Shown here: positions 8,863-16,909 of the stretch, piece after piece | Layout of the letters: each line of letters begins with the position of its first letter | Position numbering within the stretch: the first letter of the stretch is position 1 | Source: a virus | Lineage: Duplodnaviria > Caudoviricetes | DNA: 31,660 nt | Reading direction: 5' to 3' (one strand) | IMG/VR virus record: IMGVR_UViG_3300037286_000238 | Coordinates: 1-31,660 of that record | Translations under genes and position numbers: made by a program | The notes under the pieces: model-generated | What the model was told of the DNA's origin: nothing | The model's database searches: none | Seen by the model: the letters and a program-made list of their open reading frames with translations, nothing else

Positions 8863-10029
8863 ATGACAGCTATAACAAGTAGAGCAATGACAAGTGATTT
8901 AGCAACAAGGGATAGGTTTGATTTAACTAAAACTTATACAAACTTTTTACCTGACCCTGATAAGATATTGATTGATAATGAATATGATTATGAAATTTAT
9001 CGGGATCTGCTTCTTGACCCTCATTTAATGGCTACGATACAGCAAAGAAAAATGCAGGTAATGCAGTTGGAGTGGGAAGTGCAAGGCGCAGGGAGCATAG
9101 CGCATAGTAAGCTGCAAAAAGAATTAGAGCAAGTGTTTGAGGGATTGGATTTTAATGATTTAGTTTCTGAAATAATGGATGCAATTTTCTTTGGTTATTC
9201 TGTTATTGAATTGACCTGGAAGAAAGACGGTAAAAAACTTTTACCGGATAAAGCTTTAGGTAAACCGCAAGAGTGGTTTATCTTTGATAAGAATAATGAA
9301 CTACGATTAAGAAAATATAAACACGGATTTTATTTATTTGAGGAAGGTGAAAAACTGCCTCCTTTTAAGTTTGTGTTAACCCAACACAAACCTACATTTA
9401 CTAATCCTTACGGCGAAAAGATATTGAGCCGTTGTTACTGGCCTGTAACATTAAAGAAGGGCGGTGTTGAATACTGGCAGTTGATGATGGAAAGATATGG
9501 AATGCCTTATTTGATTGGACGTTATCCTAATACGTTTACTGCAACGCAGAAAACGGAGTTCTTAGATCAGTTAAAACAGATGGTAGTTGATAACATAACA
9601 ATATTTGATGAAGCGCTTGGGATTGAGTTAAAGGAGAGTCCACAATTTGATATAGGGCAGTTGTATGAAAACTTGGTGAAGTTCCATAACAGGGAAGTAA
9701 GCAAAGCGGTTTTAACCGTGACGCTTACAACCGAGATTGAAAAGACTGGCAGCTATAAAGCTGGGGAAGTTCATAAAGAGATGCTTCAGTTTCTTGGTGA
9801 AGGTGATAAGAAATTAGTTGAATCATCTTTGAATAAGATTATTGATTACTACTGCGAGTTGAATTACGGAAACATCGAACGACCAAAAATAAAACTTCTG
9901 GATAAAGAAAAGGTGATTGAGGAAAGTGTAGATAGGGATAAAGTTTTATCAGATATGGGAGTGAAGTTTAGTAAAGAATACTTTATGAAAAGGTATAAGC
10001 TTGCTGAAGGTGACTTCAGCTTGCAATGA
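8863..10029 (+). CDS. DUF935 / Mu gp29-like portal protein
   Basis: DPHL...QQRK, DAIFFGYSVIEL.W, NPYGEKILSRCYWP, ERYGMP and GSYKAGEVH motifs. Confidence 0.92.
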   Translation: MTAITSRAMTSDLATRDRFDLTKTYTNFLPDPDKILIDNEYDYEIYRDLLLDPHLMATIQQRKMQVMQLEWEVQGAGSIAHSKLQKELEQVFEGLDFNDLVSEIMDAIFFGYSVIELTWKKDGKKLLPDKALGKPQEWFIFDKNNELRLRKYKHGFYLFEEGEKLPPFKFVLTQHKPTFTNPYGEKILSRCYWPVTLKKGGVEYWQLMMERYGMPYLIGRYPNTFTATQKTEFLDQLKQMVVDNITIFDEALGIELKESPQFDIGQLYENLVKFHNREVSKAVLTVTLTTEIEKTGSYKAGEVHKEMLQFLGEGDKKLVESSLNKIIDYYCELNYGNIERPKIKLLDKEKVIEESVDRDKVLSDMGVKFSKEYFMKRYKLAEGDFSLQ

Positions 10030-10076
10030 TAGTAAAACAAAAAGCGAACGCATTTGTAAAGAAAAAACTGAATTAG

Positions 10077-10190
10077 TTATTGCTTTTTCTTAGGCTGTTT
10101 TGCTTCGTTTGCTTTTGCTTTTTCAGAATCTTTAGTTTGCTTCTGTTTTTGATCTTTGTTCTTATCTTTCTTGCCGCCTTTATCGCCCAT
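10077..10190 (-). CDS. 37-aa Lys-rich small protein MGDKGGKKDKNKDQKQK... (absent from the ORF track)
   Basis: Translated by hand: ATG at 10190, TAA at 10079-10077, AAAGGA RBS 8 nt upstream. Confidence 0.6.
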   Translation of the reverse strand: MGDKGGKKDKNKDQKQKQTKDSEKAKANEAKQPKKKQ

Positions 10191-10505
10191 TGCCTTAATC
10201 CTTTCGTGTTAATAATCTGAACGGTTATATAATACGCAAAATACAAGTAAGAAAAAACGGACAATAAAAGCGAATGGGTGTGCGGTGGGCGGGCGCCACC
10301 CTGAGCGAAAGACTTATCTGCAATGTGAATTTATACCAATGTGAGGTGAACTGACAAGGTATCGTGCCGAGTTTACATAAGGCAACATTATTTTGACATC
10401 GATAGAAAGACAAGGGAAGGTTAGAAAGATTAGTTTGTTAAATAATGTTTCTTATGTAATACTGGCTGTCCAATGCAAAGATGAAATGAGGGAAAAATGT
10501 AATCC

Positions 10506-10964
10506 TTAAGACGCACCATATTGTTCTAAAATTTCTCTTGCTTTATAATAGTGTTCTTCCTGTAATCCATCAGCTAATGTAGTTTTTATAAATCTATTAT
10601 AATGCTCCGATAGTATGTCTTCATCATCGTCAAATATTAAGAAATCTCTAATTTCTGGATGTAAATCAAGCCAAAGTTTTATTTCTTTGCCTCGATGACT
10701 TGGTTTGATAACAGGAGTAGACCAATCATTATGTAAGAAATTAATCAAACCGTTTGAGTTAAGTTCTTTTGATAATTCTTTTTTCATTGCAAAACGCCAA
10801 AGTGATGAAATAACAATTCGTGCATCAAATTCTTGAACAAGTTTTGTAACAATATTTACTGAAACCGGATTAAAACGTGACCAGATTTTTTGTTTTGTGT
10901 TAATTGTTTTATAGTAGGATTCAGAGTTCATAACTCCATCAATATCAAGAAATATTATTTTCAT
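10506..10964 (-). CDS. HAD-family phosphatase, Swiss-Army-Knife RNA-repair type (HAD_SAK_2)
   Basis: IFLDIDGV (DxD motif I), IVISSLWR, RGKEI and FLIFDD (motif IV). Confidence 0.88.
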   Translation of the reverse strand: MKIIFLDIDGVMNSESYYKTINTKQKIWSRFNPVSVNIVTKLVQEFDARIVISSLWRFAMKKELSKELNSNGLINFLHNDWSTPVIKPSHRGKEIKLWLDLHPEIRDFLIFDDDEDILSEHYNRFIKTTLADGLQEEHYYKAREILEQYGAS

Positions 10965-11082
10965 AAAACTAAAATAGATATAATGGCTGAAAATTGTTTA
11001 TCAATTTTATGAAGCAAGTATATGAGGCAATGTACAATTTAGAATTATAAATGTACAATGAAATCAAAAAGGAATGACAATG

Positions 11083-11386
11083 TTAGCTTTTAAGTTTGCG
11101 GGATTAGTTTATTTAGCGAGTGTTAAGAAAAAGTTTGCAGCTAAATGTAAAAAACACGCAATCTTTTTTAACGAGCTAATTAAACAGCAAACTGTGCGTT
11201 TAGCTGAATGTATCGAAGTAGCGCAATGTAGTGGAGTGATAGCGGAACAGTATTAAAGTATGAGTGAAGCAGACGACCAGCAGCCAAAACAAAATTAAAG
11301 GCGGGTTGTTCTGCTTAACGAATGGCAATAGCTTAACTGTGGAGCTATCAAGTAACGGAATGGAGCGGATGAGGGAATGAAGCTAA
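11083..11386 (+). other. Multibranch foldable non-coding element of about 300 nt, flanked by AATGTAC-type heptamer arrays
   Basis: Nested inverted repeats at 11083-89/11380-86, 11093-99/11187-93, 11238-43/11344-49 and 11267-73/11310-16. Confidence 0.55.
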
Positions 11387-11403
11387 TGGCAAAAGCGGAT
11401 AGC

Positions 11404-11445
11404 AATGTACAATTTAGAATGTATAATGTAGAATGTAAAATGAAG
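11404..11445 (+). repeat. Tandem degenerate heptamers AAT(G/T)TAN x6; related arrays at 8814-8848, 11029-11063 and 28785-28812
   Basis: aatgtac aatttag aatgtat aatgtag aatgtaa aatgaag, read directly. Confidence 0.8.
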
Positions 11446-11469
11446 ATCCTGAAACAAGTTCAGGATGAC
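11445..11469. repeat. Palindromic repeat GATCCTGAAACAAGTTCAGGATGAC (RPE/REP-like)
   Basis: ATCCTGAA/TTCAGGAT stem with TGAC tail; a degenerate copy is at 6422-6444. Confidence 0.75.
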
Positions 11470-11637
11470 AAAACAATACTTGCTGAATAGTGTTGTTTCA
11501 ACACACAGCCCTGCGTTAATGTTCAATACACAATTTTCAGTGATCAATTAAAAAGAAATCAAAAATCTACTTTAATCGTTAAGAATTATTTAGCTTTAAT
11601 AGACATTAATAAAAGTTTATTATTTATTGGAGGCCCT

Positions 11638-12402
11638 ATGATAAAGTTTTCAATCATTTTATTTCTAATTTTAATATTTTTCATTTCTTGTAGTACCACA
11701 TATAAAATTAGTTATGATACCTATCTAAAGGATTCACTAAAAAAAGATTTAAAGTATAGCGATGATAAGTTTGATTTTTCTTTCATTCCAGTTTCAAATG
11801 GAATTTGGTTTACTGTGAAAAATAAAACAAATAAAACCGCTTATTTAGTATGGGACAAAACTTATTTCATTGAACCATCTGGAAACTCATATAAAGCATT
11901 AGATGTGGATGCATTAAATACTATTGAAGAAATCGCTAGAAAAGAAAATAATGAAGCTTTAATACCTGCGAATTCAAATTACGCGAGGTTTACAACACCT
12001 AAAAATAATTTAAATAAATTTGCACAATACGATTATATAACGATTAATAGCATTTTTACTAACAGTACCTATACAAGTAGTAGTTACTATGAATTTTTTG
12101 AAGCAGGTGCATATTGGAAAACAACAATTCAAAATGAAGCGAAGAATAATAATTATGGTAAAGATAGTTGGGATCGACCAGCTTATGAAGGGGATTTATT
12201 AGAAAGTAATTCTAAGCAATTAAAAGATTTTCTGATAAATAATAATAATCTTGGATTGGGACTTTATATAAGGCACGGAGAGGAAAATTATGAGTATCGT
12301 TTTGATTATAAAATAAAACAAGCAATAATTTATGAAGAGGATGGAGAAGAAAAAAACATCATCAGAATATTTAAGGAAGAAAATAATTTTGAAATAAAAT
12401 AA
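11638..12402 (+). CDS. Lipoprotein of unknown function
   Basis: Hydrophobic leader ending FISC (Cys18); GGAGG RBS. Confidence 0.8.
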   Translation: MIKFSIILFLILIFFISCSTTYKISYDTYLKDSLKKDLKYSDDKFDFSFIPVSNGIWFTVKNKTNKTAYLVWDKTYFIEPSGNSYKALDVDALNTIEEIARKENNEALIPANSNYARFTTPKNNLNKFAQYDYITINSIFTNSTYTSSSYYEFFEAGAYWKTTIQNEAKNNNYGKDSWDRPAYEGDLLESNSKQLKDFLINNNNLGLGLYIRHGEENYEYRFDYKIKQAIIYEEDGEEKNIIRIFKEENNFEIK

Positions 12403-12403
12403 A

Positions 12404-12832
12404 ATGAAACAAACAGAAAAAATCCCAGAATTAGTAAAAAAGATTTATGAAATTGTAAATGAGTTAGAGGAATTATTCCCTGGAAGACCGTTTACACCTG
12501 ATGGACATATGGTTGGAAGTATTGGAGAAGTTTTAGCAGCAGAATATTTTGATTTAGAACTGTTACCTTGTTCATTTAAAGGACACGATGCAAGGGATAA
12601 GCAGGGAAGATTTGTAGAAATTAAAGCTACACAAGGCGGTGCAATTTCATTAAGAAGCGAACCTGAAAGATTAATTGTGATAAAATTATTAAGAGATGGC
12701 AGCTTTGAAAAAATTTATGATGGTGATGGAAAAATTATTTGGGAGAGTGCTGGACTAATGCAGACTAATGGACAAAGGAGAATTTCTTTAAGTACGATTA
12801 AAAAACTTAATAATATCAAAAATCTTTGTTAA
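12404..12832 (+). CDS. DUF6998-like small PD-(D/E)xK nuclease-fold protein
   Basis: FTPDGHMVGSIGEV and GHDA...VEIKATQ (D...ExK) motifs. Confidence 0.75.
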   Translation: MKQTEKIPELVKKIYEIVNELEELFPGRPFTPDGHMVGSIGEVLAAEYFDLELLPCSFKGHDARDKQGRFVEIKATQGGAISLRSEPERLIVIKLLRDGSFEKIYDGDGKIIWESAGLMQTNGQRRISLSTIKKLNNIKNLC

Positions 12833-14591
12833 ATAATTTAGAGTTTGATGATAAAACAAGTACTGCCTCATTTTTAATGTTATCAGGATTTACTTTGTCT
12901 GCATCAACAAACTTATTTGAAAGAGTACCTTCTTCATTTAATGTAATAATATATTGAAATTCATATCCAGAAAGTTTTTTATCTTCTAAAAACTTAACTA
13001 ATTCAATAAAATGTGTCTTATCAACTCCATCAAAAATACCATCGTGAATTAAAAAGCGCGGAGCTTTAATGTTTTTTTCAATACTATGAAAAAGAACTGA
13101 TAAATCGTAAATAAGGGTCCTGCCCTGATTTCTACCTTTAGAAAGCATTTCATTATTTGGGAGTATTGTAAACTGGATTTTGGCATCTGATTTTAAATTA
13201 GGGGTTATATCGAAAATTGTATTTTTATCAAGTTCAGGATAAAGTGAATTATATATTGAAGTTAAAATGCGAACAAAATCAAGTTCCTGTTGTTGTATTG
13301 AATCTTTAAATGCTAAAATTTTCTGTTCTAATTCATTAACGCGCTGATTTATTTGCAACTTTTCTTTTTGTAAATCTTTTACAAGCCTGACACGAGATTC
13401 TAAAGAAGCAATTTCTTCTTTTTTCTTGCTTAGTGTAAAATGAGCCTCACTTAAATCTTTAATTGCTTTTTTGGCCTTGAGGAATTTAAATATTTCAGCC
13501 CTTTTGTTTTCAAGTTTATCAATTTCAATTGATCTTGCAGATATAACTGATTTAATCCTATCGATTTCCTCGAAAATAAATTCACGACGAGATTCAACAA
13601 GATTTTTACGAAATTCAATTGCCTGAGTCAAAGTTTTTTCGATCCGCTGACCCAACATTTCATTCAGTTCAGAATAAATGCGGGAAATTTTATTAGATGT
13701 AATTTTTATATCTAAATGTAAACTATCTTCATAACTCTTAACCTTCAGTTCATCCGAAGAATTATCCAACCATAGATTTTTAATTTTTTCGGTTAAATTA
13801 TTTGCTTGTTCTTCATCAATTTTATACTTCTCGCTTAACTTAAAAAGGTTAATTGATTTTTCAAGTTTTTCTGTTTCCAGAGTCAAAGAGCGTAATTTGC
13901 TGTCGATTTCTGAAAGAACTTTTGAACCATAAGTTTCTGAGATTAACTGATTTGCTTCTTTAAGAGTTTTATCAACTTTGTTATAATCAGTCTGAACCTG
14001 AAGATTCTGATAAGAATATTTATTATTTATATCTAATAAAAAGAAATGATAATTATTTAATTCAACTTCTTTTGCCTCCTGAATATATTTAATTGGATTG
14101 CTGAATGGTTCCTTATCAGGATCTTGAATTTTTATATAGAAGGGTAAAAGCTTGCGTAACCACTTATCAGAATAATGACCTTCATAATTTCTCTTAAAGA
14201 TAATATCACATAAACGAGGTTTTAGATTATTGATCTGATATTCTTCAAACTCAGAATCAGAAATTGAAAAATAAACAGTAGAAGGCTCATCAAATGATCT
14301 TTTTATTGAATACTTAATTTTATCAACTTCAAAATCCAGAATTATAGCAACTTCAGAAAGAATATTGGCTTTATAAGCAGCATAAAGACGCTTACTACTT
14401 TGTTTGTTAAAAGTAGATAATAACGCAAAATCGATTAGATCGAGAAAAGCTGATTTACCTATACCATTGAGTGAGTCTTTAAATTCAACTTCAGGTCCAA
14501 CAGCCTTTGCACCAAAAATATAATTAATGCCAATTATAAAATTTACTGTTTTAAAAACTTCCGGTTCAGAATAAAGCCTTTTAAGTATCAT
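12816..14591 (-). CDS. lmuB: SMC/Rad50-like ABC ATPase, DUF2326 type (ABC-3C / Lamassu LmuB-like)
   Basis: Walker A NGIGKS, long coiled coil, signature SKGR, Walker B FLIHDG..DGVD and QYIITLN. Confidence 0.82.
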   Translation of the reverse strand: MILKRLYSEPEVFKTVNFIIGINYIFGAKAVGPEVEFKDSLNGIGKSAFLDLIDFALLSTFNKQSSKRLYAAYKANILSEVAIILDFEVDKIKYSIKRSFDEPSTVYFSISDSEFEEYQINNLKPRLCDIIFKRNYEGHYSDKWLRKLLPFYIKIQDPDKEPFSNPIKYIQEAKEVELNNYHFFLLDINNKYSYQNLQVQTDYNKVDKTLKEANQLISETYGSKVLSEIDSKLRSLTLETEKLEKSINLFKLSEKYKIDEEQANNLTEKIKNLWLDNSSDELKVKSYEDSLHLDIKITSNKISRIYSELNEMLGQRIEKTLTQAIEFRKNLVESRREFIFEEIDRIKSVISARSIEIDKLENKRAEIFKFLKAKKAIKDLSEAHFTLSKKKEEIASLESRVRLVKDLQKEKLQINQRVNELEQKILAFKDSIQQQELDFVRILTSIYNSLYPELDKNTIFDITPNLKSDAKIQFTILPNNEMLSKGRNQGRTLIYDLSVLFHSIEKNIKAPRFLIHDGIFDGVDKTHFIELVKFLEDKKLSGYEFQYIITLNEEGTLSNKFVDADKVNPDNIKNEAVLVLSSNSKLFNKDF

Positions 14592-14815
14592 TTTTTTACT
14601 AATGAAATTTGAAAAGTGTTAAGAATTACAATATCAGACAACCATAAAAATGTTATGGAATTAAAATATTGTTCTAAATTAATATTGTATTTATTACGAA
14701 GTACCTGAAATAAATCTTCTACGTTGTATGGACGTCTTTTAAGAATCTCAATGATATAAGCACCAACCACGATTAAATTAGAATTGAGATCTTCATATTT
14801 GGAAGGTAATAACAT
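14588..14815 (-). CDS. lmuC: ABC-3C middle component (LmuC-like small winged-helix protein)
   Basis: 75 aa; MLLPSKY...VGA.II..L...L.FLWL pattern; ATGA overlap with the ATPase gene. Confidence 0.75.
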   Translation of the reverse strand: MLLPSKYEDLNSNLIVVGAYIIEILKRRPYNVEDLFQVLRNKYNINLEQYFNSITFLWLSDIVILNTFQISLVKK

Positions 14816-14826
14816 ATCTATAATTA

Positions 14827-15333
14827 TTAATCAAAAAGAGAATTTGAAGACAGTGATTTAGGCTTTTTAATTTTTTTATCATCCGGAACTTTACCAAAAT
14901 CACACAATTCAAAAATATATAAAACTACAGACTTCATAGGTGAAAAAAATTCTGATGGCGGTAATTTGTAAATGTTAAGCAGTTCGTTTGTAATGTTATC
15001 AAAATATATAGGTTCATCTACTGTTGAATTAATGTCGCCAGAATTTTTTAAGCGCATATAAATTGATTGGATAAGGTCTACAAAATTGACAAATGGCTGT
15101 TCATCAACTTTTAACTGGTCAGTTATAAAACGCTGGACCAGATTAACATACATAAAATTATTTGTAAAAGTTTTATCAACGGATTTTTGATAAGCGGGGA
15201 AATTAATCTCGATCTTTTTTTTAAGATGGGAACGGCGCGATGAATCGATTGATTTTAAGTTGAGCGAAGATGCACTATATTGAAAAATATATTTGAACAA
15301 TTCTTTGAGTACTACTTCTTGAGATTTTTGCAT
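14827..15333 (-). CDS. ABC-3C C-terminal-domain protein (LmuA-like) with no effector domain
   Basis: KKIEINF and YIFELCDFG motifs typical of ABC-3C CTDs; first gene of the triad; AGGA RBS 11 nt upstream. Confidence 0.65.
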   Translation of the reverse strand: MQKSQEVVLKELFKYIFQYSASSLNLKSIDSSRRSHLKKKIEINFPAYQKSVDKTFTNNFMYVNLVQRFITDQLKVDEQPFVNFVDLIQSIYMRLKNSGDINSTVDEPIYFDNITNELLNIYKLPPSEFFSPMKSVVLYIFELCDFGKVPDDKKIKKPKSLSSNSLFD

Positions 15334-15507
15334 TATTTGAATTATCCTTTTAAAGTTAAAGTATATAATAGGAATAAGAAAAAGCTAAGAATTAATTAAC
15401 AAACATTTATTTATAAAATCTAAAACTTACGTCTTAAAATATTATTATTTAATTAGAACAGTACTGACTACAATAAAGAAAAAATGTTACTATTTGCAGA
15501 TACATTA

Positions 15508-16851
15508 TTATTTGGCTGCTTCAAAAGCATTTTTGAAAGAAACAATCTCATCCAACTCGTCTTTTGTTAGAATACCTTTTTTGCGAAACTCTGCTAATAA
15601 TATGTCATCATTAAAATCTTCAATTGTTAAATCATAAAAATTATATTTCAATTCTAAACCGGATATTAGATCTTTAACTTCGGGAAATTTTATCTTTGAG
15701 ACTAAATCTTGAGATAAATTTATTATTTTTTTTGATAATAAATCACGTGAATAGCTTACATAGTCCTCCGGTGGATTCGCTTTTAAGAAAGCTAACAATT
15801 CAACCTTAATTGATTCCCGCCTATTCAGGATCTCTTCTTCCAATTTCTCAAAAGTACCTTTTTTAAATTCTGCTACTTCCTTTTCAATTTCTTGAATAAT
15901 CGTTTTGAATTTTTCTTTGTTGACAATATCAATAATACTTTTACTTCTACAGGTTATAGGTATTAAATAAGCATTTGAAGAATTTTCGCTAGCATTATTG
16001 ATTTGGGCTCTTGTGTTTAATCTTAGGTTATCTACTTTTTTATTTATTTCATTAAATCTCTTAATGTCTGCATTATTTTCAATATCTGTAAAAAGATTTA
16101 GTTTTGTTTCAAGGGATTTTTTAAGTTCCGCATTTTTGTAAGGTAAAACGTCTTTTGGAATTTCTACTTTTTTTGTGCGAAAATTGGACTTCTCAAATTT
16201 CAATTCAACGAACTGCTTTTTTGCAATGTATGTGTTAATTTTTCTTTTAATATCGGGTTGAAGTGGCGGATTAATTTCTAAATTTTTCTTTACAACTGCT
16301 AATTTTTTATTATCAAGCTTACTCAAAGAAATATCAGTTTTATTATGTTGTACTAAATCCGAAATATTTTTTAATTCATTTTTTGAGGATGCACCAAGAT
16401 CGATAATCGTACTGATAAATTGTGTTTTTTCTTGTTCTGTTTTTGGAGGAAAGTAATGAGCTATGAGCTTTGTCTTAAAAATATCATCCATTAGTAAAGC
16501 ATTCGGCCCTTTAGGTTCTTCTTCAAATATTTTGCTTTGAGGAAAAAATATATATCCGATGTCATCAGCGATAATAAAAGAAACCTGATTACCAATAACT
16601 TCATAGATTTCTATCCCCACTTTTTGAAGAAGATCAATGGATTTAATATCACCAAAGCCATTACGATAATTCTGTTCAGAAGGGTCAATAATCACTTTAA
16701 CATTGATACCTTTTTTAGAAGCTTCCAAAAGAGCTGTGGATATGTCAAGATGCAGATTGCCTGATGAAAAAATTATTTTACTAGTGCATTCAAGTATTAA
16801 ACTAATTAGTCTATTAAAGGTTAAAATGTCAATAAACTTTTTATTCATCAT
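15508..16851 (-). CDS. Protein with an N-terminal PLD-like fold lacking HKD and a helical/coiled-coil C-terminus
   Basis: ALLEASKKGINVKVIID and FIIADD match PLD/Nuc topology, but the HxK position reads NQVS and there is no GSxN. Confidence 0.6.
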   Translation of the reverse strand: MMNKKFIDILTFNRLISLILECTSKIIFSSGNLHLDISTALLEASKKGINVKVIIDPSEQNYRNGFGDIKSIDLLQKVGIEIYEVIGNQVSFIIADDIGYIFFPQSKIFEEEPKGPNALLMDDIFKTKLIAHYFPPKTEQEKTQFISTIIDLGASSKNELKNISDLVQHNKTDISLSKLDNKKLAVVKKNLEINPPLQPDIKRKINTYIAKKQFVELKFEKSNFRTKKVEIPKDVLPYKNAELKKSLETKLNLFTDIENNADIKRFNEINKKVDNLRLNTRAQINNASENSSNAYLIPITCRSKSIIDIVNKEKFKTIIQEIEKEVAEFKKGTFEKLEEEILNRRESIKVELLAFLKANPPEDYVSYSRDLLSKKIINLSQDLVSKIKFPEVKDLISGLELKYNFYDLTIEDFNDDILLAEFRKKGILTKDELDEIVSFKNAFEAAK

Positions 16852-16909
16852 ATTTCCTTTATTTTATTACTTACTTTACATCAAATATTGGAGGACAGAT
16901 ACATATCAC

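Noticed and set aside
4354-10029. Transposable Mu-type prophage, encapsulin or gene transfer agent
   Set aside because: No MuA/MuB, Gam or Mor genes. Terminase and portal exclude an encapsulin, and no tail genes are present as expected for a GTA.
10073-10413. 63-aa and 62-aa - strand ORFs in the track
   Set aside because: Weak starts. The alternative frame 10077-10190 has a clear ATG and RBS, and the rest is structured non-coding DNA.
11074-11256. 60-aa + strand ORF
   Set aside because: It has an AGGA-like sequence adjacent to the start but coincides with nested hairpins and has no recognisable protein features, so it is not supported as a CDS.
7405-11445. Diversity-generating retroelement suggested by the heptamer repeats
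   Set aside because: No reverse transcriptase, no Avd-like gene and no TR/VR pair differing at adenines were seen.
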